A stretch of 44,928 nucleotides of DNA from an uncultured Clostridia bacterium (GCA_937892405.1 CALAFS010000242.1:1-44928); one strand, 5' to 3'. Shown: positions 34,035-41,416, counted from the first letter of the stretch. The notes: generated by a model not told the origin, from the letters alone. A program made the numbers and translations.

Positions 34035-35040
34035 GCTTGCCTCCGAATTCCGCTTTGATGTTCTCTGCGAGAGCACAAAGTGCCGAATCGAGTTTTGCCG
34101 CCGTCTCCGTATCCCTCTCCCTGATCTCGCACAAAGATGTTTTCATCTTCCGCAAGATCTCCTGTACCGTATCAAAATATGTTTTGAAGGTCGTGATTGC
34201 CGGGTTCGCGGTTTTCAGAAGTTTCGTGCTTTCATTCAGTTTTTCTCTCGCCTCTTTTGCCTCATTCTCCGCAAGCACCCGGCGCAGTTCTGCCTCTTCT
34301 GCCGCCTTTTTTGCCGCCTCTGCTTCTTTTTGCGTATTCATAATCATGTTGGCGAGTTCTTTTTTGATCCGCGCTTCGGCTTCTCTCTCCGTCTTTTCCC
34401 GAAGTTCTTTCGCCGCCCCCGATGAAAGCTTTGCCGGCTTCTTTTTCTCTTCGGCAAGCCTTGCCTCGAGATCTTTGACTTTTGCTTCCAGGGAGACCGC
34501 TTCATTCGCACGCTTCTCCGCTTCTTTTGCCGCAGCCTCGGCGCGTTCTGCTGCGTCCTCTGCATCTGCTCTGCGCTTCCGCTCCTGTTCCGCCGCGGCT
34601 ATGGCATCGTTTCTTTCCTTAATTGCCGCCTTCAATTCCGATACCGAAAGATTTTCCGCGTCAACCGATTCCGCAAACGCTTCCCTCTCCTCGCTCGGGA
34701 CAGCGAGAAGTTGCAAAGCCTTTGTATACGGCAAATTCGCAATCGATTGTGAATTTGTTGTTGCTCCGAAAATGGTAATCTGTGCCGCACCGTATTCATC
34801 AAAGAGTCTCATAAAGTTGTTTGCCGTTGACTGCGAAAACTCCACTTCATTCTTCAGCCAATTTCCCCACTCACCGTGCGGCAATACTTCTTTTGCTTCC
34901 ACCAGTCTGCGCCCGATCTCTATCGCATACATGAGCGCCATCGTCTGTGCCTGTCGGCAAAGCTCCCTGACCTCCGCGGTAATTACGCCAATTTCACGCG
35001 CCGGCACGCCCGATCTCATTTCCTGTACTTTGTTTTCCAT
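34027..35040 (-). CDS. DUF3102-like protein with long Ala/Glu/Lys coiled coil
   Basis: The N-terminal motif YAIEIGRRLVEAKEVLPHGEWGNWLKNEVEFSQSTANNFMRL supports the call. The start is uncertain (35040 or 35019). The gene contains the 24-nt palindromic repeat. Confidence 0.6.
   Translation of the reverse strand: MENKVQEMRSGVPAREIGVITAEVRELCRQAQTMALMYAIEIGRRLVEAKEVLPHGEWGNWLKNEVEFSQSTANNFMRLFDEYGAAQITIFGATTNSQSIANLPYTKALQLLAVPSEEREAFAESVDAENLSVSELKAAIKERNDAIAAAEQERKRRADAEDAAERAEAAAKEAEKRANEAVSLEAKVKDLEARLAEEKKKPAKLSSGAAKELREKTEREAEARIKKELANMIMNTQKEAEAAKKAAEEAELRRVLAENEAKEAREKLNESTKLLKTANPAITTFKTYFDTVQEILRKMKTSLCEIRERDTETAAKLDSALCALAENIKAEFGGKHG
34733..34756. repeat. 24-nt exact copy of the palindromic element AAATTCGCAATCGATTGTGAATTT
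   Basis: The sequence is identical to 14466-14489. It lies inside the DUF3102-like coding sequence and encodes TNSQSIANL. Confidence 0.85.
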
Positions 35041-36703
35041 TTTCTTTCCCTTTCTTTGCCTGAATATATGCAAGCCATTTTTCTTCAAACTGAATCACAT
35101 CGTCACTGCGAGCACAATTGCGCAAGCCCCTGTTCTGCACTACACAACCATTCTTGTATTCCAAAGTAAAATACGGAGTATCCCGTGCCGAAATTTTCCG
35201 AATGAAAAGAATACAGGTGTTCCCTCTCGCACAATCATCTCCGTAGGAAGCCACGCAATGATGCAGTGTCGCTCCTTCTTTCGTCAACTCCTCTTGTGAA
35301 GTACACGGGCGGATACAAAGCCCGAGCTCTGCGTCTTCATAGGTGAGATATTCGTTCTTTTCTGCGTTGGCAAGAATCTTTTTCGCTTTTTCTTCACTTT
35401 CTTTCGCTTTATAGATCTTCACCGCGCGATCATGCGCCACGGTCAGATCATTCGGGTACACCACATCAGACGGCAGGGCGTCCCCGTGGATTTCTTTCGC
35501 CATATTCAGATAGTCGCGGAAAGTAAGATAAGAAATATTTCTATTTCTCTTTTCCTGCCTCAAAAGGTAGTTTATTGTCCTGACCGCCGGAAGCGAAATT
35601 CCCTCTCCGTCTGCCCACTTGAAAAGGTCAAGCACGCCGGAATACGATCGTTTGAGCAATTCTCTCGTGAGCTTTACCTTTCGGGTGCTGTAAATATATC
35701 GGTACAGACTCACCTTTTTTAACGGCAACGCCCGAATGAGCGCAAGATCACACTTTTCGACCGACAGCATCTCATGCGGTTTTGCCTTTTTCGGGTTGAA
35801 ATACTCTTTGAAATTGCTGATGTAGAATTTGCTGTATGAAAAATAGTAAGATCCACTCGTATGGACGCTCGCTTCGATTGCGTCTTTAATATACACCGAA
35901 AATCCGTTCCTTACAAGGTTTTCGATATTCGGGTACTTACACCACGCGTCCATATATGAGAAGATATCTACCGGCGTCCCTGCGTTATCTACAAAAACAT
36001 CGAGAGCGCTATGCCCGGTACCCGTCTCTTCAAGGATATTCCATTCTTTTCCTTGACACAAAATGTGTTCCCGCTTCCATCTGCCATATCCGTAAAATCT
36101 CTTCACCTCTTTCCATTGATTGAAAAAAGATTTATGATAATAACAATTCGACCACCCTCCGACAAATTTCCGAACGCCGTCAATGTATATGGCACCGAGA
36201 CCCCGTGTTGTCCGATAAGCAATCTCCCCCTCTTTGTTTACGATCTTTTGTGTATCCCATGTAAGAATGGCAAGATGTGATCTGACATTGTGAAAGGTGA
36301 CATAATTGCAACTGTCAATCCCTGCCCCTTCAGAAGAGATTTCGGAACAGTGCAAAGCGGTTACAGGTTTTCCGCAACTCGGGCATTGAACAGCGTCTCT
36401 TGTATATACGGGGGTGCCGAGCAACGGATCTATGTAGCCGACGAGACTTGCTCGACGATAGCAACCTTTTTCACAGTCCGCTGCCCGCTCAAAGACGGTT
36501 TCTATACCGCAAGCGGTGCATCTTCCAATCACCTTGTCTGCTTGTCTTTTCGTTCCGTTTGTGATTGCAGTGCCGCAGCGGAAAATCATGCAATTCTCTT
36601 GCTTCATTTTTCGGACAGCGAATTCTACGGCAGTTTTTGGCGGTTCTTGCGGCAGTTCGTCAATCGTCCGTGCGAATTCTTCCTTGTCTTTTCTCTTCGC
36701 CAT
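34994..36703 (-). CDS. PcfJ-like protein
   Basis: The protein is 569 aa from ATG 36703. It has an N-terminal Zn-ribbon-like pair of Cys motifs. The C-terminal motif EGATLHHCVASYGDDCARGNTCILFIRK...PYFTLEY is typical of the PcfJ domain. Confidence 0.6.
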   Translation of the reverse strand: MAKRKDKEEFARTIDELPQEPPKTAVEFAVRKMKQENCMIFRCGTAITNGTKRQADKVIGRCTACGIETVFERAADCEKGCYRRASLVGYIDPLLGTPVYTRDAVQCPSCGKPVTALHCSEISSEGAGIDSCNYVTFHNVRSHLAILTWDTQKIVNKEGEIAYRTTRGLGAIYIDGVRKFVGGWSNCYYHKSFFNQWKEVKRFYGYGRWKREHILCQGKEWNILEETGTGHSALDVFVDNAGTPVDIFSYMDAWCKYPNIENLVRNGFSVYIKDAIEASVHTSGSYYFSYSKFYISNFKEYFNPKKAKPHEMLSVEKCDLALIRALPLKKVSLYRYIYSTRKVKLTRELLKRSYSGVLDLFKWADGEGISLPAVRTINYLLRQEKRNRNISYLTFRDYLNMAKEIHGDALPSDVVYPNDLTVAHDRAVKIYKAKESEEKAKKILANAEKNEYLTYEDAELGLCIRPCTSQEELTKEGATLHHCVASYGDDCARGNTCILFIRKISARDTPYFTLEYKNGCVVQNRGLRNCARSDDVIQFEEKWLAYIQAKKGKENGKQSTGNEIGRAGA

Positions 36704-36713
36704 GGCTTCCGCC

Positions 36714-37073
36714 TCAAAGGAAAGAGGAAAGATCGAGGTAGTCGGATTTTGTTTCGGTCGTTGTCTCCCGCATCTCACTCGGCTCGGGTAATCCATAAAA
36801 TTCACACAGAATCTTCTCGGCAATCTTTGATGAAACACAAGCGTAATTTTTACCGTTGCGATGCGCGTCCGCATAGTCGCGGATTTTCTTCTCCGCTTCC
36901 CTGATGTGCATTTCCGGCACCGCAAGATCGGTCACGAGAAGTTCGGCGGATCTCGGGTCTCTTTCGGCAATTTCCTTGAGTTGTTCTCCGACAAAAAAAG
37001 CGGGCGAAGTCTCGGAAAGCTCTTTTTGTTGTTCTTCGATGATCTTCGCCGCGCGAATTGCTATTTCATTCAT
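36714..37073 (-). CDS. PcfK-like protein (family that includes AcrIIA9-type Cas9 inhibitors)
   Basis: The 119-aa ORF has a GAGGGAG RBS. It lies directly upstream of the PcfJ-like gene, as in pcfK-pcfJ pairs. The motif is KKIRDYADAHRNGKNYACVSSKIAEKILCEFYGL. Confidence 0.5.
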   Translation of the reverse strand: MNEIAIRAAKIIEEQQKELSETSPAFFVGEQLKEIAERDPRSAELLVTDLAVPEMHIREAEKKIRDYADAHRNGKNYACVSSKIAEKILCEFYGLPEPSEMRETTTETKSDYLDLSSFL

Positions 37074-37089
37074 AGTTCACTCCCTCATT

Positions 37090-37260
37090 TCAATCAATGA
37101 TTTCCACTTCGTTGTGGATGGTGATTTTTACTTTTTTCTTGTAACCGATGTGACTCGGCTGAAAAATGATTTCGGGAGAAAGGATCTCCCTCTCTTCGGA
37201 TGCCATTTCTGCGGCTCTTTTCTCTCGTGCCGCTTCCGGAATTCTGAAATTCAATCCCAT
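37090..37260 (-). CDS. Small hypothetical protein (56 aa)
   Basis: This ORF is below the ORF-track cutoff. A strong RBS GAGGAGG precedes ATG 37260. The sequence begins MGLNFRIPEAAREKRAAEMASEEREILSPEIIFQPSHIGYKKK... Confidence 0.45.
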   Translation of the reverse strand: MGLNFRIPEAAREKRAAEMASEEREILSPEIIFQPSHIGYKKKVKITIHNEVEIID

Positions 37261-37475
37261 TTCCTCCTCATTTTGATGTCTGACACGCTTTGCCTCTTCC
37301 CCCGGTGTCCGGGGATCGGAGAGTATTTCGGATAAAGAGCAAACGAATACTTTCGCGGACGATAGTATGCGTCGTAGATCGCGACGATGTTTCCTTGCTC
37401 GTCCCTCTCGATCACCTTAAGCTTCTTGCCTTCTATCGGTCTGTCATAAAGCTCAAAAATACTTGTATCACCCAT
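37251..37475 (-). CDS. Small hypothetical protein
   Basis: The protein is 74 aa from ATG 37475. The ORF-track extension to 37658 lies inside the replication gene. Confidence 0.45.
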   Translation of the reverse strand: MGDTSIFELYDRPIEGKKLKVIERDEQGNIVAIYDAYYRPRKYSFALYPKYSPIPGHRGKRQSVSDIKMRRKWD

Positions 37476-38313
37476 GATCCTTCTCCTCTCCGTATGTTCG
37501 GCGCAACGCAGCCTTGAAAGCGTCCTCCGCATCGAAGGTTCCGTAGCGCTCTTTTTGTGCCTCAAGTGTATTCGGGATACCGTTGGTCTCCCAGTCCCGC
37601 ATACGCTCCCGCCAGTCAAAAGCGGTGCCCGTCGCGTCCCGCCACTTTCTCCGCTCATAATAGCGGAAGAAACGATGCGGATTGACGCGGTTCCCTCGCT
37701 CCGCGGCGTAGGCGATCACCTCGTCCAAGGAGGGCGACGAAGAAGCCGTGCTCTCTTCTGCTTTAAGCGTAGCTTCTGCTTTCTTTTTCTCTTTCTCTTT
37801 GCTTTGTGTGTTTTCTGTACTTTTATCGGCGTTTTCTGTAATTTTATCGGGGTTTTCGGTACTTTTATCTATCAGAACGAGCTTCGACAGAATACTTTCG
37901 GGAAGATCTTCCCGATCCTGCAAATCCAGCAGAAAGTATTCTCGTCGCATTTTGATTTGACTTCGGCTGTTGAACATGCGCACATAGCGCCGTTGGATAC
38001 CTGCGGAGGTCAGAACTCCGAACGACATCGCCACCCGTTCATCGAAGAACGAACAACGAATACACCCGGTCACGAATTCCTCTACAAAGGCAGGACTGAT
38101 GCCGCACCGCACGCTGTCCGCGATCAAAGTGCGCTTCACCTTGTCCCATGTTATGTAATATCCGTTTTTGCCGTAGCACTCGCATAACAGATAATCCAAA
38201 AGATACATGCCCTTCGCACCGTACTCGGCGCGTAAGAGCTTTACTTTGTCATCGTCGTAAAATGCCGTATCCTTTGGAAAATACGATACCCCGTCCTTGA
38301 TCGGACGAGCCAT
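37468..38313 (-). CDS. Replication initiator, DUF4373 (Lin1244/Lin1753-type) N-terminal domain
   Basis: The N-terminus MARPIKDGVSYFPKDTAFYDDDKVKLLRAEYGAKGMYLLDYLL...GYYITW is the characteristic signature. The central part contains a 7-aa x3 repeat. Confidence 0.75.
   Translation of the reverse strand: MARPIKDGVSYFPKDTAFYDDDKVKLLRAEYGAKGMYLLDYLLCECYGKNGYYITWDKVKRTLIADSVRCGISPAFVEEFVTGCIRCSFFDERVAMSFGVLTSAGIQRRYVRMFNSRSQIKMRREYFLLDLQDREDLPESILSKLVLIDKSTENPDKITENADKSTENTQSKEKEKKKAEATLKAEESTASSSPSLDEVIAYAAERGNRVNPHRFFRYYERRKWRDATGTAFDWRERMRDWETNGIPNTLEAQKERYGTFDAEDAFKAALRRTYGEEKDHG
37811..37873. repeat. Three tandem 21-bp repeats inside the replication gene (iteron/origin candidate)
   Basis: The units are TTTTCTGTACTTTTATCGGCG, TTTTCTGTAATTTTATCGGGG and TTTTCGGTACTTTTATCTATC. 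They encode DKSTENP/DKITENA/DKSTENT. Confidence 0.55.
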
Positions 38314-38331
38314 CCTTTTCCTCCTGACTTT

Positions 38332-38520
38332 TTAAGCCTCTTTCACTTGCGGTTCCTGTACATCTTCCTTCTTTTTCTCCTCTAAAGTAAAGGTGACAAG
38401 AATCCCTCTCGCCTCATAGATGCGCGCGAGCGTGTCAAACAGTTTGTTAAGGTCGAGCTTGTTTTCCCGCTTCTCTGTGTTCTCTTCCGCAGGTAACGCT
38501 TCCCTCTGTCGTGATGTCAT
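38332..38520 (-). CDS. Small early protein; its C-terminus is paralogous to the ORF at 41211..41333
   Basis: This 62-aa ORF is the second gene of the early operon. LDLNKLFDTLARIYEARGILVTFTLEEKKKED aligns with MDIIKLLKALIQIYDKRGIELIFQVKKKGEDD. Confidence 0.55.
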   Translation of the reverse strand: MTSRQREALPAEENTEKRENKLDLNKLFDTLARIYEARGILVTFTLEEKKKEDVQEPQVKEA

Positions 38521-38569
38521 TGTGGATTCCTTTCTTTTTGTTGTGACTTTGTAATCAGCACTTGAAATG

Positions 38570-38583
38570 TCTTTTTAAGACAC
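38570..38583. promoter_or_regulatory. Operator-like site TCTTTTTAAGACAC (copy 1, at the 3' end of the cro-like gene)
   Basis: The 14-nt sequence is identical to 38817-38830. It contains the inverted repeat GTCTT-N3-AAGAC. Confidence 0.5.
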
Positions 38584-38793
38584 TTCACGATAAAAAAAGA
38601 TTTCATCAATTTCATAAGCCGAAAGTGAGTATCGCTGTTTGATCTTTTCAATTTCGCTTTGCTTGAACTCTTTTCCGTTAGTTTCGTTCTTTTTTGCGGA
38701 AAAAGTCTGTGGAGAAATGCCAAGTGCTTTTGCAAGTGAATTGTTAGTATCGCCGAAAGCCTTCATTTTGCTCTCCAATAATCTTTTGTTCAT
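38575..38793 (-). CDS. Cro-like HTH regulator
   Basis: The 72-aa protein has the HTH segment NNSLAKALGISPQTFSAKK. It is divergent from the CI-like gene and is the first gene of the minus-strand early operon. Confidence 0.7.
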   Translation of the reverse strand: MNKRLLESKMKAFGDTNNSLAKALGISPQTFSAKKNETNGKEFKQSEIEKIKQRYSLSAYEIDEIFFYREVS

Positions 38794-38816
38794 TTTAGTC
38801 TCCTTTCAATTGAGTA

Positions 38817-38830
38817 TCTTTTTAAGACAC
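38817..38830. promoter_or_regulatory. Operator-like site TCTTTTTAAGACAC (copy 2, immediately downstream of the early promoter -10)
   Basis: This is an exact copy of 38570-38583. It lies between the TATAGT -10 and the cro-like RBS. Confidence 0.55.
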
Positions 38831-38834
38831 ATTA

Positions 38835-38863
38835 ACTATAACATTGTTTTTGCTTCTTGTCAA
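38835..38863 (-). promoter_or_regulatory. Early (PR-like) promoter
   Basis: The minus strand reads TTGACA (38858-38863), a 17-nt spacer, then TATAGT (38835-38840). An AAAGGAGA RBS and the cro-like ATG follow. Confidence 0.7.
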
Positions 38864-38902
38864 GGCACTTTTCAAAAAAAGTTTCTTTTTTTTCAAAAAA
38901 AC

Positions 38903-38931
38903 TTGCTTTTTAGGAAACATTATGCTATCAT
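38903..38931 (+). promoter_or_regulatory. Repressor (PRM-like) promoter
   Basis: TTGCTT (38903-38908), a 17-nt spacer ending in TGC, then TATCAT (38926-38931). The RBS TAGGAGGT is at 38941-38948. Two TTTTCAAAAAAA repeats at 38870-38901 lie just upstream. Confidence 0.6.
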
Positions 38932-38954
38932 TAAATTAAATAGGAGGTAACACT

Positions 38955-39344
38955 ATGAATGATATGGGCGCAATTATCAAACGCTTAAGACTCCAAAAGG
39001 GTCTTACACAAGAAGAGCTCGGAGAAATTATCGGCGTTCAAAAGTCTGCTATCCGTAAGTATGAGAGCGGCATGGTTCAAAACATGAAAAGAAGCTCCAT
39101 AAAAAAACTGGCAGACTTCTTTGAAGTTACTCCTTCTTATCTTTTGGGATATGAAGTAGGAGATGACGCCGAATTAACACTCACCCCACACGAAAAGTCC
39201 GTTATCATCGCCTACCGCAACAATCCGAGTATGCAAGGCGCCGTAGACAAGCTCCTCGGCGTAGAAGAGGACGGTATCGACTTGGGGGAAGACATGGCAA
39301 ACACCCTCAGAGGGGCATTGAGAAAAAAGTCCGTCTCAAAATAA
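38955..39344 (+). CDS. CI-like XRE-family HTH repressor (no S24 peptidase domain)
   Basis: The motif LRLQKGLTQEELGEIIGVQKSAIRKYESG supports the call. The protein is 129 aa and is divergent from the cro-like gene. Confidence 0.8.
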   Translation: MNDMGAIIKRLRLQKGLTQEELGEIIGVQKSAIRKYESGMVQNMKRSSIKKLADFFEVTPSYLLGYEVGDDAELTLTPHEKSVIIAYRNNPSMQGAVDKLLGVEEDGIDLGEDMANTLRGALRKKSVSK

Positions 39345-39373
39345 CGATTCTCCTCCCTCTCAACAGAATCGTT
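39343..39373 (+). terminator. Possible terminator hairpin after the repressor gene
   Basis: AACGATTCT, a 13-nt loop, then AGAATCGTT. Only a weak T-tract (TTACATCTT) follows. Confidence 0.3.
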
Positions 39374-39407
39374 TACATCTTCACGATCTATTACATAAAG
39401 AGTTAAA

Positions 39408-39758
39408 ATGCCTTTAGAACACGCGGTAATAAAAATGAACGAATTAGCAATGAGAATTAAATCTGCGATTGAAAATTCGGGGCTTTCACAAAGAGAAATT
39501 GAAATAAAAACCGGAATTCCTCACTCTGCCATTCAGCGCTACGCTTCTGGCAATACCGAAAAAGTTCCAATCAAGCGAGTGGAGGCTATTGCAAAAGCAA
39601 CTGGGACAACAGCGGAATACTTGCTCGGTTGGGACGATCAAAAAAGAAACTCTGCGGATCATTCGGCGGAATTCCTTAATTTGTTTCAACAATTGTCGGA
39701 AGAACAGCAATTTTTGATCATCTCACAAATTAAAGGAATTCTATCAAATTATAAGTAA
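39408..39758 (+). CDS. Second XRE-family HTH protein
   Basis: The motif is SGLSQREIEIKTGIPHSAIQRYASG. The protein is 116 aa and lies 32 nt upstream of the nuclease gene. Confidence 0.75.
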   Translation: MPLEHAVIKMNELAMRIKSAIENSGLSQREIEIKTGIPHSAIQRYASGNTEKVPIKRVEAIAKATGTTAEYLLGWDDQKRNSADHSAEFLNLFQQLSEEQQFLIISQIKGILSNYK

Positions 39759-39790
39759 GTATAATCAAGACACTAAAAGGATGGTGTTCC

Positions 39791-41119
39791 ATGGATTCAA
39801 GCGTATTATGTATAGTCATTTTTGTTGGCATCCTATTTTTATTAGGTTTCATTGCGTGGCTTTTGGATTCTTTTGCAAACCTCACCGAGAGCAAGAAAAA
39901 ATTCCGTCAATTATTGGAAAACGAAAACAAGACAAAAGAATTAAGTGAACGCCTAAACAAGAGAGAACAAGAATTCGAGACAGAATCCACGCAAAAATCT
40001 AATGAATTAACTCGCAGATCTAAAGAATTAGCCCAAAAATCCGATAAACTTGATAAAGAAATTGCACATTATAATGCACTTATCAGCGGGAACGACAAGG
40101 TAATTGAAGAAAAGTGCGCGTCCTATAAAAACAAGCTGGAGAATGATATTGCATACTATAACTCTCTTATCACAGGATTCGATAAAGTGATCGAGCAAAA
40201 ATGCGCATATTACCCGCAGCTCGCGGCTATTGTGGCAGATATCGAAACTGTTTTTTATGAGCGTTCCGCTCAATACTTGGAAACAAAAAAGACCCCCGCA
40301 AAAGTCGAGGCATCACGAATCCGAGAACTCCGCCGACAAACACGAAGAATTTTAGCCGAAAAGAAAGCGTCCGACTACCGACTCGAATATATCAAAACCA
40401 TGTTTCCTAATATTGAAGACATCTTCGATAATGACTTCGCCGCACCCGAAGATTTCGAATTGGAAACGGACGAAACGACCGACAGAACACGCAATTTTCT
40501 TTCTCACGAAGAATACGCTTCCCTCTCCACTACGGAACGCAATCAGCTTGCTCTCGACCGATACCTTGAATCAAGAAAATCGAAATGGCAAGTCGGGCGC
40601 GACTATGAGCTGTATATCGGTTATCAATACGAGTGCCACGGCTACACTGTCAAATACACAGGAATCATAGAAAACTTTGAGGATATGGGAAGAGACCTGA
40701 TCGCGCAAAAAGGAAATAAGGTTCTCATTATACAGTGTAAAAACTGGTCGCAGGAAAAGACCATTCATGAAAAACATATCTTTCAGTTATTCGGCACTCT
40801 CATTCTTTATCAGCTTGAAAACCCGACCCTAAAATCTTCTGCTCTGTTCGTGACTACGACAAGCCTTTCGGAGAAAGCGAAAGGAATCGCGAAGCATTTG
40901 AATATATCCGTAAGAGAAAATATCGCCCTATGCGATTTTCCGAGGATCAAGTGCAATATCAATCGTCAAAGCGGAGAAAAAATCTATCACTTGCCCTTCG
41001 ACCAACAATACGACACCGTAGTGATTGAAAAAGACAAAGGCGAGTTTATGGCATTCACTGTCGCAGAAGCGGAAAATGCCGGGTTCCGCCGTGCCTTCAA
41101 GCACTTCGCGTCGCAGTAA
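39791..41119 (+). CDS. Membrane-anchored coiled-coil protein with a Mrr-type PD-(D/E)xK nuclease domain
   Basis: The N-terminal TM helix is VLCIVIFVGILFLLGFIAWLL. About 200 aa of coiled coil follow, with an internal duplication. The nuclease core is GRDYELYIG...EDMGRDLIAQKGNKVLIIQCKNW. The C-terminal module is SGEKIYHLPFDQQY...FTVAEAENAGFRRA. Confidence 0.7.
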   Translation: MDSSVLCIVIFVGILFLLGFIAWLLDSFANLTESKKKFRQLLENENKTKELSERLNKREQEFETESTQKSNELTRRSKELAQKSDKLDKEIAHYNALISGNDKVIEEKCASYKNKLENDIAYYNSLITGFDKVIEQKCAYYPQLAAIVADIETVFYERSAQYLETKKTPAKVEASRIRELRRQTRRILAEKKASDYRLEYIKTMFPNIEDIFDNDFAAPEDFELETDETTDRTRNFLSHEEYASLSTTERNQLALDRYLESRKSKWQVGRDYELYIGYQYECHGYTVKYTGIIENFEDMGRDLIAQKGNKVLIIQCKNWSQEKTIHEKHIFQLFGTLILYQLENPTLKSSALFVTTTSLSEKAKGIAKHLNISVRENIALCDFPRIKCNINRQSGEKIYHLPFDQQYDTVVIEKDKGEFMAFTVAEAENAGFRRAFKHFASQ

Positions 41120-41140
41120 AGCAACCGCAATCCTAAGCAA

Positions 41141-41169
41141 AATAAAAAAGCGCCTTCCAAAGAAGGCGC
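41141..41169 (-). terminator. Rho-independent terminator for the minus-strand small ORF (possibly bidirectional)
   Basis: GCGCCTTC (41150-41157), loop CAAA, GAAGGCGC (41162-41169). On the minus strand the hairpin is followed by TTTTTTATTTT. Confidence 0.6.
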
Positions 41170-41210
41170 AGAGAGCGATAGGGTTGTCCGTGGGGAAAGC
41201 GGATGCTACA

Positions 41211-41333
41211 CTACCCGCGAACCACGACGAAAGCATCGTCGTCTTCCCCCTTCTTTTTTACTTGAAAGATGAGTTCTATCCCTCTCTTATCGTAAATTTG
41301 AATCAGCGCTTTCAACAGTTTGATAATATCCAT
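41211..41333 (-). CDS. 40-aa ORF next to and divergent from the integrase gene
   Basis: This ORF is below the ORF-track cutoff. A strong RBS GGGAGGAAAT precedes ATG 41333, and a terminator lies downstream. The sequence is MDIIKLLKALIQIYDKRGIELIFQVKKKGEDDDAFVVVRG. It is paralogous to the C-terminus of 38332..38520. Confidence 0.45.
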   Translation of the reverse strand: MDIIKLLKALIQIYDKRGIELIFQVKKKGEDDDAFVVVRG

Positions 41334-41348
41334 ATTTCCTCCCTGTCA

Positions 41349-41373
41349 ATATGTATTTCTATGTCATACATAT
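41349..41373. promoter_or_regulatory. Inverted repeat between the small ORF and the integrase gene
   Basis: ATATGTAT (41349-41356), a 9-nt spacer, then ATACATAT (41366-41373). Confidence 0.4.
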
Positions 41374-41416
41374 GAGGCAAAGCGAATAAAATATACCGTA
41401 AGACAAAAGAAAGGAA

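Noticed and set aside
34037-35299. Long antisense ORFs opposite well-supported genes, for example 34037..35299, 23916..25139, 22633..23814, 6510..7658, 11643..12611, 13003..13971, 42818..43840 and 417..1205.
   Set aside because: Each lies entirely opposite a gene with recognisable motifs. Their products are low-complexity (Ser/Phe/Arg/Leu-rich). They reflect the scarcity of TTA, CTA and TCA codons on the sense strand.
38517-38735. ORF 38517..38735 (72 aa) overlapping the cro-like gene in another frame.
   Set aside because: It has no RBS. It overlaps the better-supported HTH ORF 38575..38793 and the start of 38332..38520.
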